In this document: in pieces, positions 25,450-34,697 of the stretch
Layout: each line of letters starts with the position of its first letter
Numbering within the stretch: position 1 is the stretch's first letter
From: Patescibacteria group bacterium
GTDB taxonomy: Bacteria > Patescibacteriota > Patescibacteriia > UBA2591 > JABMQE01
Direction of reading: 5' to 3'
Assembly: GCA_018896645.1 (NCBI GenBank)
Contig: JAHIMF010000062.1
Coordinates: 1-58,830, forward strand
DNA length: 58,830 bases
Program-made: the position numbers and the translations under genes
The notes under the pieces: generated by a model
Told to the model about the DNA's origin: nothing
The model's database searches: none
What the model saw: the letters and a program-made list of their open reading frames with translations, nothing else

Positions 25450-25478
25450 CCGGCCAAAGGCTGGTCGGCCTCTGGCCG
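25450..25478. repeat. REP family 1 copy (CCGGCCAAAGGCTGGTCGGCCTCTGGCCG)
   Basis: 9-bp stem GCCAAAGGC/GCCTCTGGC with a TGGTC loop. Sits inside CTTGTATCTTG-type word arms. Confidence 0.8.
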
Positions 25479-25584
25479 ATATCTTGTATCTTGTCCCAAG
25501 CTTACCACAAAATCCGTTTTTTTTCAACCTTTTTGTGCGGGGATAAAAAAACTGCTTACCTGCCATCATTGGCAACTAAGCAGT

Positions 25585-26238
25585 TTAGAAACCATTTAAG
25601 GTTTCATTAATAACCTGCTCTAATAGAATAACTTCTTTTGCAATGATCTCTAGGAATTCTTGGTGGGGATCGCCAGGACCAATATTACTAAGCATCAACT
25701 TAGCAAATCCTCCGATGATCGCCAAAGGAGTCCTTAATTTATGCCTAAGTTCTTCGGCAGCTGTATGAATAATGGCTAAATCATGCACGCCCGCTGCTTC
25801 TATCTCCTCAATAACAACCTGGATAAGCCAGGTGAATCTCCTTAAATCATTCTGCTCCTTTCTAGAAAAAGAATCAGGGCCTTGCCCATTGAAAGCTAAA
25901 ATAAAGAAATGACCATTAACCATTACCGGTACAGGAACATAATACACCTTAAAGACACCCTTGGCTTCCAACCATCCTCTTTCTTCCTCACTTAAAAGAG
26001 GGCTGTCATGAACCCCAACAAGAAGCGGGATTTTTGTCTCGACCACGGTTTTCAGCTGAAGCCGTTTCGTAACATCAAAAGTATCTTCTACTCCAATCAA
26101 TTCATTAGGGCAGCCGCCGATAAGACGGAATCCTTCATTCTCTTGGCACCAAATAAAGAACCCGAACGGATCTACAATCCGATAACAGCTATCGCAAACT
26201 CTTTTCAAATTTGCTTCAACGCTCCCTGAAAGCGGCAT
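25585..26238 (-). CDS. GAF/PAS-like sensor plus HisKA (DHp) domain protein lacking an ATPase domain
   Basis: H-box 'AAEELRHKLRTPLAIIGGF'. The ORF ends about 45 aa later with no N/G1/F/G2 boxes. Confidence 0.6.
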   Translation of the reverse strand: MPLSGSVEANLKRVCDSCYRIVDPFGFFIWCQENEGFRLIGGCPNELIGVEDTFDVTKRLQLKTVVETKIPLLVGVHDSPLLSEEERGWLEAKGVFKVYYVPVPVMVNGHFFILAFNGQGPDSFSRKEQNDLRRFTWLIQVVIEEIEAAGVHDLAIIHTAAEELRHKLRTPLAIIGGFAKLMLSNIGPGDPHQEFLEIIAKEVILLEQVINETLNGF

Positions 26239-26282
26239 TTTTCGTCTGTCATGACGTATTCCCCCTATTTGTATAGTTAATG

Positions 26283-26463
26283 TACAAAACTCAAAATACT
26301 TTTGGAAAAAGTGAGATAAGTTGTGTCGGGGCTTTCTCGGCTCTATGTCCGACCTCGGCTCATGTCCCCATTAGAGGAGCGACTTTTTGACACTTCATGT
26401 CCTAAGACATGTCTTTGACTTATCTCACCATAAATGAAAAAATAATTTCCCCAAAAGTATTGC
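26283..26463 (-). ncRNA. candidate about 180-nt structured RNA or long leader upstream of the HisKA gene
   Basis: TATAAT at 26475..26470. Closing helices AATACTTTTGG (26295..26305) with CCAAAAGTATT (26451..26461), and GTGAGATAAGT (26311..26321) with ACTTATCTCAC (26418..26428). GC-rich core. U-run after the 3' arm on the minus strand. Confidence 0.3.
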
Positions 26464-26610
26464 GCTTCAATTATACTCTACCAATTTTATAAAATTATAC
26501 AAGTTTTTTAGTTAATTTAATCAAACTACAAAATCTCATACTTGAGCCAATAAGAATTTTTTTACTTATTTAATTTCAAATTATTTTTATCTTCTTGTAT
26601 TCTTGCATCT

Positions 26611-27885
26611 TTATCTCTTTAACCACTGCTCGCTCTGCCGCACTAAAAGTTTTTTCGCTTTTAAGGGCTCGGCCATGATTTCTTTAGTAATTTTTTCCAG
26701 ACGCATGCCTTGAGACCCTTTGATTAGAATAAGGTCCCCATGTTCTAATCTCTCCTGAATAAACTTCCCGGCTTCTTCACTGGCGGAAAATTTAAAAATA
26801 TCTTGCTTATCCATACCCGCTCGCAGGGCCGAAGTAGCAATGTCTTTAGCTGCCTCGCCAATTGTAATCAATTGATCAATGCCTAATTTGGCCACCAGTC
26901 TGCCGATTTCCCGATGCGCTTCTTCAGTATAACCGCCAAGTTCTAGCATATCTCCCAGAACAGCAAACTTCCGGCCCCTTGACGCAAGCCGCGCTAAAGT
27001 TTCCAAAGCTCGTTTACAGGCCGAGGGCGAAGAATTATAAGAATCATCAATGATTGTAGTTTGCTTAATACCTGGAATTCGCTTCATCCTACCTGGCAAT
27101 GACTTGTAGTTTTTCAAACTTTCAGAGATAGCTACCAGATTCAGGTGATAAGAAATGCCCACCGCCGCTCCGGCTAACGCCGCATAAATTTGGTGCTCGC
27201 CCAAAGCATCGGATAAGTGAATCGGGACAAAACTGCCCTTGTACATCAATTTGAAATTTATGCCCTTATCTTCGCTAAATCTTTTCTCGATTGCCCGAGC
27301 ATCAGCTTTTTCGTCCAGGCCATAGGTTAAAATCTTGGAGTTGATTCTTTCTTTAAGTTGACCGCTTCTTTCGTCATCTTGATTAATGATAGCCCAACCA
27401 TCATCGCGAACACCGGAAAGTAACTGCTTTTTTTCTTTTAAAACATTATCAATACTTTTAAAAAATTCTAAATGACTGGCGCCAATCGCGGTTACTATGC
27501 CAATTCTTAATAATTTTTTGGGAATAATTTTCAGAAGATAACCAATGTCACCCGGCTTATCCGCTCCCATCTCTAAAACTAAAATTTTTGGGTATTTCCT
27601 GCTCCCAATCAGAATTAGACTCAACGCCTTTAGGAAGACTCCCAACCAACCAAAAACTGATTTATTTGGCGACTCTTTGCCAATAATAGCTAAAGGCAAG
27701 CCAAGCTCATTATTATAATTCTTCTCGTTGCGCCTGACATTAAATTGATGCTTAAGCACTACAAAAACCGCTTCTTTTGTAGAAGATTTACCAACACTGC
27801 CAGTAATGCCGATAATATCTGGTCTATAACGTAGCAATACAAGCCGTGCAAGTATTTTTAAAATTGTTTGGATAATATTTTTCAT
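26611..27885 (-). CDS. murF: UDP-N-acetylmuramoyl-tripeptide--D-alanyl-D-alanine ligase
   Basis: 'GITGSVGKSSTKE' P-loop, Mur ligase middle and C-terminal domains, dcw cluster context. Confidence 0.9.
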   Translation of the reverse strand: MKNIIQTILKILARLVLLRYRPDIIGITGSVGKSSTKEAVFVVLKHQFNVRRNEKNYNNELGLPLAIIGKESPNKSVFGWLGVFLKALSLILIGSRKYPKILVLEMGADKPGDIGYLLKIIPKKLLRIGIVTAIGASHLEFFKSIDNVLKEKKQLLSGVRDDGWAIINQDDERSGQLKERINSKILTYGLDEKADARAIEKRFSEDKGINFKLMYKGSFVPIHLSDALGEHQIYAALAGAAVGISYHLNLVAISESLKNYKSLPGRMKRIPGIKQTTIIDDSYNSSPSACKRALETLARLASRGRKFAVLGDMLELGGYTEEAHREIGRLVAKLGIDQLITIGEAAKDIATSALRAGMDKQDIFKFSASEEAGKFIQERLEHGDLILIKGSQGMRLEKITKEIMAEPLKAKKLLVRQSEQWLKR

Positions 27886-27894
27886 AGAAACCAC

Positions 27895-28062
27895 ATGTCA
27901 TCACGGGCCCGCCATTTTTTCATTCCGAACGGAGCCGCAGCGCAGTGAGGAATCCCTTAAACGTGGATAATGGAAAGGCGGGTGGTAACCCCCCGTTTAA
28001 GGGATTCCTCGCTTTGCTCGGAATGAAAAAAGGGCGGCGACTCCGTTCGGAATGACGTTCGT
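27895..28062. repeat. nested perfect palindromes (MITE/REP-like) between ftsI and murF
   Basis: 17-bp GAGGAATCCCTTAAACG (27947..27963) pairs with 27994..28010. 14-bp CATTCCGAACGGAG (27921..27934) pairs with 28041..28054. Confidence 0.85.
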
Positions 28063-28063
28063 T

Positions 28064-29791
28064 TTAATAGTCAGGCGGTATTTGATAATAGTCTAACACA
28101 AACTTCGCAATTTTGCCAAATATCGGGGCGGCTGAATCCGCTGCGTACAGGACATTGGTGGGGTAGTCCAATTTAACCAAAGCAATAAAGGCCGGATTAT
28201 CTACTGGCACGAAACCAACAAACGAATGGATTGTTAGATTAGAATACCCACCACCTTTGGCCACCTGGGCCGTCCCGGTTTTTCCCGCCACATAATAACC
28301 CGGCACCCCTGCCTTTTTAGCATGGCCGCTTCTAACAACAGACACCAGCATCGCGCTTAACATCTTGGCAGTGGCTGGAGTAATCACTCCCGGCACCAAC
28401 CGGGGCTCGGTTTTAATTACCTCGCCGTCCGGCTTTAAAATACTAGCTACAATATGCGGCTTGACTAAATTGCCATTCATAACAATTGGAGTAAACGATG
28501 TTATCATCTGGATAGCCGTTACAGTAATCCCCTGGCCGTAAGAAGCTGTGGCTAAATAAATCTCGCCCCCCTTATTAAGCGAGGAAATGTTGCCTAAGCC
28601 CTCGCTTCCAAGTTCAATCCCGGTAGAAGAAGCAAAGCCAAATTTCTCTACATAATCTTTAAAATTCTGTTGCCCAACCTGCTGGGCCACAAAAACCGCC
28701 CCCAAATTTAAGGACTCTTCCAAAACTGTTGTCATGTTCACCACGCCGTGGGCCTTGAGATCGGAATTTCTTATCTTGTGATCGTCTATCTCCAGCATGC
28801 CAACATCTTCATAAGTTGTCTTGGGAGTTACTTTCCCGGAGTCCAATCCAGCCGCCATAGTAATCACTTTAAAAATGGAGCCCGGCTCATAAGCATGCGA
28901 TATTACTTGGTTGATGTATACATTTATGTTTTCTACTTGTGAATAGTTGTTGGGATCAAAATTTGGCTCCGCGCAAAGGGCCAAAATGGCTCCAGTGCGC
29001 GGATTCATAATAATCACACTGCCGGCCGAAGCCCCGTATTTTTCTATTCCTATCTTAAGCTCGCTGCAAGCCGCAAATTGAATTACCCGATCTAAAGTCA
29101 AAACCAAACCTGCCCCATCCTCGGCTTTTTGAAGCGTTCTCCTGGAAGTAGCAATCCAATTACCCAGTACGCCTTTTTTTAAAGTAATTCCCCCTTTTCT
29201 GCCAGCAAGCGTCTCCTCAAAAAAACCTTCAACTCCATACTGGCCCACCCGCTCATCGTCGGAAAAACCAACAAATCCTAAAACATGGCTAAAAAGATTT
29301 TCTTCCGGATAAAAACGCTTTATCTCGGGTTTAAAACCTATACCCTCCAAATCCAGGGCTTTAATTTCCTCTACTTTTTCATCAGTAACATAATGAGCCA
29401 AGGGTTCATAAGGATCATCTTTCTTGGATAATCTCATTTCTATTTCTTCTCTTGGCGCCTCCAAAACAGAAGTTAAAAGTTCGGCTGTTTTTTGATAGTC
29501 TTTAATAAGATTGGGTATGGCGTAAATTTCGTTTAAATCAATGTTGATAGCAACGGGATAAAAATCAGCCTCTTTTTGATTTTTTGAATCTTTAATAAAA
29601 ACCTCGCCTCGCCTGGGGTATAATTCTTTGTATATTGTATGGTTCCCGGCGGCTAGAGCTTCGTAAAAACTGCCTTGGATAATTTGTAAATTAAAAAGCC
29701 GTAAAACTATAGAAGACGACAAAATAAAAATAACTATGGCTAAAACTGAAATCCTATCAAAAACTTGCTTTCTGGAATAAGTAGATACCAT
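28064..29791 (-). CDS. ftsI: penicillin-binding protein 2 / FtsI-type transpeptidase
   Basis: SxxK (GSIFK), SxN (ESLNLG) and KTGT motifs. N-terminal TM. Confidence 0.9.
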   Translation of the reverse strand: MVSTYSRKQVFDRISVLAIVIFILSSSIVLRLFNLQIIQGSFYEALAAGNHTIYKELYPRRGEVFIKDSKNQKEADFYPVAINIDLNEIYAIPNLIKDYQKTAELLTSVLEAPREEIEMRLSKKDDPYEPLAHYVTDEKVEEIKALDLEGIGFKPEIKRFYPEENLFSHVLGFVGFSDDERVGQYGVEGFFEETLAGRKGGITLKKGVLGNWIATSRRTLQKAEDGAGLVLTLDRVIQFAACSELKIGIEKYGASAGSVIIMNPRTGAILALCAEPNFDPNNYSQVENINVYINQVISHAYEPGSIFKVITMAAGLDSGKVTPKTTYEDVGMLEIDDHKIRNSDLKAHGVVNMTTVLEESLNLGAVFVAQQVGQQNFKDYVEKFGFASSTGIELGSEGLGNISSLNKGGEIYLATASYGQGITVTAIQMITSFTPIVMNGNLVKPHIVASILKPDGEVIKTEPRLVPGVITPATAKMLSAMLVSVVRSGHAKKAGVPGYYVAGKTGTAQVAKGGGYSNLTIHSFVGFVPVDNPAFIALVKLDYPTNVLYAADSAAPIFGKIAKFVLDYYQIPPDY

Positions 29792-29887
29792 AGTTAAAAA
29801 TCCATTGTTACATTGTTAAATTGTTACATTGCTAATACAAATGATTAACAATTTAACAATGTAACGTAACAATTTAACAATGAAAAC

Positions 29888-30241
29888 TTATTTTATCGCA
29901 ACAGATATATCATCAGTAGAAATATATTCAACTATCCCAACCTCCACCATCCCCAATCCTTGCGTCACCTCTCTAATATGGCTAAGGGATTTAAGTTCGG
30001 CAACACTTGATTCTAATTTTTTGTTCATGCGCTCTAATTCCTGCGCCCTGGTCTCTAAGTTTTCCAACTTAAAACCAAGAGTAGCCATTCCGTTCACTTG
30101 AATAAGATAAAAAATGGCAACGGCAAAAAACAAAAGACAAACCAAAACGCTCCAGCAAACTGGCATATGGGCCGACATCCTTGATGGCGGTCGGCTGCAA
30201 TAATGTTTTGATTTTCTTGTAAACTTTAAAAATTTTGACAT
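29888..30241 (-). CDS. ftsL: FtsL-like cell-division protein
   Basis: TM followed by a coiled coil. Position between rsmH and ftsI. Confidence 0.55.
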   Translation of the reverse strand: MSKFLKFTRKSKHYCSRPPSRMSAHMPVCWSVLVCLLFFAVAIFYLIQVNGMATLGFKLENLETRAQELERMNKKLESSVAELKSLSHIREVTQGLGMVEVGIVEYISTDDISVAIK

Positions 30242-30448
30242 GAATTTTATTTTATTTGATTTATTGATTTATTAAAACCACAAAGGCACCTGCTTCGCCA
30301 GCCTCGTGTCTATGCGGACATTGAGCTCATCAAGGCGGACAAAACACCACAAATTATTAACTATATTAACTATTTATTAACCCTATTAATAACTGCATCA
30401 ACTTTCTCTATCACAAATCATTAATAACTTTCTAACCATTTTACAATC

Positions 30449-31492
30449 CTATATCTTTTCCCCAACTCTCATTTTCGCGCTCCGACTTCTAGGATTCGCT
30501 TTAACTTCCGCATCCGTCGAGACAACTGGTTTTTTAGTAATAATTTTTACTTGAGCTTTGTGTCCGCATCGGCACTCTGGAAAAGACGGCGGACACAAAC
30601 AATCTCGCGACTCTTGTCTAAAAAAATTCTTGACAATTCTGTCCTCTAGGCTATGATAAGAAATAAGTACCAACCGGCCCCCGGGCTCCAGGACTTCTAA
30701 AGCTTGCGGCAGTGTTTGTTTTAAATTTTCTAATTCATTGTTAACCGCAATCCTTAGGGCCTGGAAAACCCGAGTGGCTGGATGTTTACCCTGTACCGAA
30801 ATGGTATAGGGGTTGCCCCGAATCGAATTTATTCTGGTTCGGGATATGCCCTGTCCCTTTAAAGAACAGGGCTTTTTGGTTTTTTTATCCTGTCTTTGAC
30901 CCACGACAGATTTAATTGTTTTAACTAATTGTAAAGTTGTTGTAATGGGTTGAATTTTTCTCTGTCTAACTATTTCTCCGGCAATTCTTCTCGCCCTCGG
31001 CTCTTCACCATATTCTTTAAATATTTTTATTAGTTCTTCTTCTGACCGGTTATTAATAATTCCTGCAGCCGTCGGCCCCTTAATACTTAGCCCGTCATAG
31101 TTCATGCTTAGCTCCCCATCAGCTTGGAAAGAAAATCCCCGAGTTCTATCCTGCAACTGAGCTGATGATAAGCCAAGGTCAAATAAAATACCGTTAATTG
31201 GATGAGAAAATTGTGCATGGATGATTTTTATTAAATTTCTGTAAGTGTTATTGACAAAAATGACATTGTTTAATCCTTGAGCTTTGGCATTCGCCTCAAC
31301 TGCCGCAATCGCTCCCGGGTCCAAGTCTAGACCTAGAATCCTCCCATCCGGGCCAACTCTTTTGGCTATCTCAATTGCATGTCCCCCACCACCCGCAGTA
31401 CAATCCACAAAATTTTGGCCCGGTCTTGGATTAAGATACTCTATCACCGGCTCTAATAAAACTGGAATGTGGCAATACTTTATATTTGGCAT
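30449..31492 (-). CDS. rsmH: 16S rRNA (cytosine1402-N4)-methyltransferase RsmH with an in-frame insertion of about 28 aa
   Basis: 'HIPVLL', 'DCTAGGGGH', 'DLGLSS' and 'HPATRVFQALRIAVN'. Confidence 0.93.
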   Translation of the reverse strand: MPNIKYCHIPVLLEPVIEYLNPRPGQNFVDCTAGGGGHAIEIAKRVGPDGRILGLDLDPGAIAAVEANAKAQGLNNVIFVNNTYRNLIKIIHAQFSHPINGILFDLGLSSAQLQDRTRGFSFQADGELSMNYDGLSIKGPTAAGIINNRSEEELIKIFKEYGEEPRARRIAGEIVRQRKIQPITTTLQLVKTIKSVVGQRQDKKTKKPCSLKGQGISRTRINSIRGNPYTISVQGKHPATRVFQALRIAVNNELENLKQTLPQALEVLEPGGRLVLISYHSLEDRIVKNFFRQESRDCLCPPSFPECRCGHKAQVKIITKKPVVSTDAEVKANPRSRSAKMRVGEKI

Positions 31493-31704
31493 TTATCGTT
31501 TTACATTTATCATTTAAGTAATGCTCCTATGGCAGGTGAAAAATTTGCCGGCCCCCCCGCATCTGCAGGGGAGTCAAAATTCTGCCTGCTCTTGACAAAA
31601 ATTTTTAGGTGCGGCATAATCTTATTAGGTTGTCTTTTGTTCTTTTCGCCACGGGCGGCGCATCGCGCTTCGCTCACCCATCAAACCCCAACAAGGAGGA
31701 CGGC

Positions 31705-32013
31705 ATGATGAGAACAATGTTGCTCTTTTTTCTAATAATCGGCATTCTGTTGCTCGCTGGTTGCGCGGCAGGGCCGAATATTGCCAAAAATACTGGCAAT
31801 GAAGATGGAAATGTAGCCGGATTTTGGCAAGGACTCTGGCATGGGATTATAGCTAGTATAACATTTTGGGTTTCGTTGTTCACCGACGATGTTAGCATCT
31901 ATGAAGCGCACAATAATGGAGGGTGGTATAATTTCGGTTTTTTATGGGGCATGGGCATACTGATCACTCCTAATATCCGCGTTTCAAATTTTTTCATCCG
32001 TCATTTCCATTAA
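31705..32013 (+). CDS. small lipoprotein/membrane protein
   Basis: AAGGAGGA lies 6 nt upstream of ATGATG. Lipobox LLLAGC. A terminator follows. Confidence 0.55.
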   Translation: MMRTMLLFFLIIGILLLAGCAAGPNIAKNTGNEDGNVAGFWQGLWHGIIASITFWVSLFTDDVSIYEAHNNGGWYNFGFLWGMGILITPNIRVSNFFIRHFH

Positions 32014-32022
32014 TACCGTTGT

Positions 32023-32058
32023 CCCCGCGCGGCAAAGTCGTGTGGGGGCTTTTTTATT
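32023..32058 (+). terminator. rho-independent terminator
   Basis: CCCCGCGCG-loop-CGTGTGGGG stem followed by CTTTTTTATTTT. Confidence 0.7.
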
Positions 32059-32104
32059 TTCAAATTATTCAAAGTACAAAATTGTTTTTTTTGTTTTTTG
32101 AAAT

Positions 32105-33868
32105 TCACCACACCAACATCACCACTTTCTTAGCCTTAGGCAAAACAATACTTTCTTTTCTGTCTCTCTTAAAAAATCTGCTCACTCCTTCTTTGGCCAA
32201 CTTCACTGGTTCTTTAGGACCTTCTGACGACCCTGGCGTATTCCCGCCACTCTCACGCCGATGCTGGCGCCATTGCAGAATCATAACGATTATACAAGCA
32301 ACAAAAATTGTTAACACAGCAAATGATATTGGCAAAGCGTATGAATAACTAAATGCTGACCAAGATGGCGAATAGATGGCCATAATTTCGTACCAGCCAA
32401 CTCTCATTGCCCAAAAAAATAACACCCCAAATATTCCCAAAGTCACCACTAAACTCAAAAGTTGAAATACCCAAGCAATAGCCTGCGCTTTTCTATTTTT
32501 TGACAAAAATTGCAGTAAACTAAATCCAATAAATATCAAGCCAAAAGGTGAAAACAACCAGCCAATCACGGATACCATATAGATAATCAGCCATTGCAGC
32601 CATTGCCAACTTCTTACCGGCGAACCAGCGCCCACCTTGTCATTATCATCTGCATCCCGAATTACTAAATCATTGGTCATCTCGCTGGTCATCATGTGGC
32701 GATATAAATAAGTTAGCCAGTATTTTTTTTGCGCCGGCTGAATCAAGGGTTCACCCTTAATATCATAAGCTAAATCTTGTATTTGATTCTTCTTGATTTT
32801 ATCAGCATACGAGGTTGTGAATCCGGGTATGTCCTTTTTATGGTCAGCAAGAACATAAAGATGAATGGGTATATTGGGTGCATATTGATGACTGTTCTGC
32901 TCGTAATATAATCCTTGGCGATTGAAATAGGCATTGAACCAAAATTTTTCTAACTGGGGACGATAATAATTTTCATCTAAACCAGCGGCATATTTCCATG
33001 ATTCTGCAGTTGGATAATTTTTTTCTTTGGCAATTATTAAAGGATAGTCACTGGCTTTTGAATCTTCATAAGGCACCTGATTGACAAGATCTTCAATAAT
33101 TTGATTTATCACTTCTTCACCAGTAGTTTTTCTGATTAAATCGCCATACCCAATTTTTTTCAAATGAGCAATTCGAGGGCCATCTAAATAAAGATTATCA
33201 GAAATCTGAACTACTTTCGGTTGCGTAGTAATTGAAGAAATCCGTAACGGATAAATAATTGCACTTGAGGCAAATTCAATTTTCAAAGGTGTGGCATGGC
33301 CCTGTTTCAAACCCTCCCCAACCTCATCGGCCTCAACTGCGCTCGTATTAATCTTAACCGCAATAAAGTACCAATTATTCTCAATATAATCATTTAATAT
33401 ATAACCGGATTCCTCTGGGTATTCATAATCATTCTGATTCAACCATTTAGCCAAAGCGCCCGAATCTGTTGCTTGCAAAACCGTGATATCATAATAATCA
33501 ACCTTTTTGGTCTCAACCACAATCACTGCCTGTTCATCATTTGCCTTGCCAGCCAGCTCCATCATGGGCATTGGTCCTCGCCAAAGAACTGGTCTGGTAA
33601 TCTCTGCGAGTGAAGTAAAAATTTCATCAGAACCCTTGGTTACTTCTGGTTTTGAAGGAATCGGAATAACCCAAGCAAAATCCTTGGCGTCCCCGGAAAA
33701 ACTTACTGAAAGCACCATGGTTTCCATTCCATTCTCATGAAAAATCACGGCTTTCTGCCCGGTCTCGTTCATATAATAATCCGGCCGCGGCAGAATCATA
33801 CCGTCAGCGTTGCTCATCATCGGGATTGCGAGAGATAATAATATAAGGAGTAAAACGAATTTTTTCAT
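32105..33868 (-). CDS. DUF2330-family secreted/membrane protein
   Basis: Signal peptide, then 'GQKAVIFHENGMETMVLSVSFSGDAKDFAWVIPIPSKPEV', typical of DUF2330. C-terminal TM cluster. Confidence 0.7.
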   Translation of the reverse strand: MKKFVLLLILLSLAIPMMSNADGMILPRPDYYMNETGQKAVIFHENGMETMVLSVSFSGDAKDFAWVIPIPSKPEVTKGSDEIFTSLAEITRPVLWRGPMPMMELAGKANDEQAVIVVETKKVDYYDITVLQATDSGALAKWLNQNDYEYPEESGYILNDYIENNWYFIAVKINTSAVEADEVGEGLKQGHATPLKIEFASSAIIYPLRISSITTQPKVVQISDNLYLDGPRIAHLKKIGYGDLIRKTTGEEVINQIIEDLVNQVPYEDSKASDYPLIIAKEKNYPTAESWKYAAGLDENYYRPQLEKFWFNAYFNRQGLYYEQNSHQYAPNIPIHLYVLADHKKDIPGFTTSYADKIKKNQIQDLAYDIKGEPLIQPAQKKYWLTYLYRHMMTSEMTNDLVIRDADDNDKVGAGSPVRSWQWLQWLIIYMVSVIGWLFSPFGLIFIGFSLLQFLSKNRKAQAIAWVFQLLSLVVTLGIFGVLFFWAMRVGWYEIMAIYSPSWSAFSYSYALPISFAVLTIFVACIIVMILQWRQHRRESGGNTPGSSEGPKEPVKLAKEGVSRFFKRDRKESIVLPKAKKVVMLVW

Positions 33869-34023
33869 AATTTTATGGTTTGGTAATTTATAGTAATACG
33901 ATGGTAACACAGTTGTAATACAGTTGTAACACAGTTGTAATACGATTGTAACTCTGGGTATTACAATTGTATTACTATCGTATTACGCGAGGCGAGCCGC
34001 AGCGAGCCGAGCTTATTACTTTT

Positions 34024-34455
34024 TTAAACGCCAATCTCCCCCAGCGCTTCCGCAATATCGCCGCTATTCTTTTCAGTATTAGATTTATAAACATTCCACT
34101 TTTCTTCATCCCAAATTTCTAAACGATTATATAAACCGGTAATCACTGTTTTCTTTTTTATGCCGGCATATTTGCGAAGATAATCCGGCACTATTACTCG
34201 GCCCTGTTTATCTAGGTCGCCATCCATGGCGCCGGCCAACATCAGCCGCGCAAAGGCTCGGGTGTTGGCTTGGGAGATCGGTAGCTTGGAAAGCCGTTCA
34301 GCCAGCTTGCCCCACTCTTCTTTTGGATATAAAAATAAACAATCGTCCAGCCCACGAGTGATTACCACGCCTTGGGCTAAATCTTTACGGAACTTGACTG
34401 GCACTGCTAACCGTCCTTTTTCATCTATATTATGATTGTATTCGCCTATAAACAT
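34024..34455 (-). CDS. mraZ: transcriptional regulator MraZ
   Basis: 'MFIGEYNHNIDEKGRLAVPVKFR' and a second SpoVT-AbrB repeat 'DKQGRVIVPDYLRKYA'. Confidence 0.92.
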   Translation of the reverse strand: MFIGEYNHNIDEKGRLAVPVKFRKDLAQGVVITRGLDDCLFLYPKEEWGKLAERLSKLPISQANTRAFARLMLAGAMDGDLDKQGRVIVPDYLRKYAGIKKKTVITGLYNRLEIWDEEKWNVYKSNTEKNSGDIAEALGEIGV

Positions 34456-34629
34456 ATTAAACACGGATGAGCACGGATTATTTATGTACGGATGGCCACG
34501 GATCACGGATCTGTGATCCGTATAAATCCGTTATTAATCCTTAAAAATCCGTGTTAAACCTTTAAATTACAAAATTTGCTTTAATAATCTTTGTTGATGT
34601 GGAAAACAGTTATACACTTTTGCCATAAG

Positions 34630-34660
34630 TTATCCCCACTTTCATCCACATTCTCCCACA
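34630..34660 (-). promoter_or_regulatory. putative MraZ operator: three GTGGR repeats at 10-bp spacing
   Basis: Minus strand reads GTGGGAGAAT GTGGATGAAA GTGGGGATAA, just downstream of the promoter. Confidence 0.5.
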
Positions 34661-34668
34661 TCAATTTT

Positions 34669-34697
34669 ATTATACCCCACCTTGCCACACTCGTCAA
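34669..34697 (-). promoter_or_regulatory. dcw/mraZ promoter TTGACG-N17-TATAAT
   Basis: Minus strand has TTGACG at 34697..34692 and TATAAT at 34674..34669. Confidence 0.55.
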
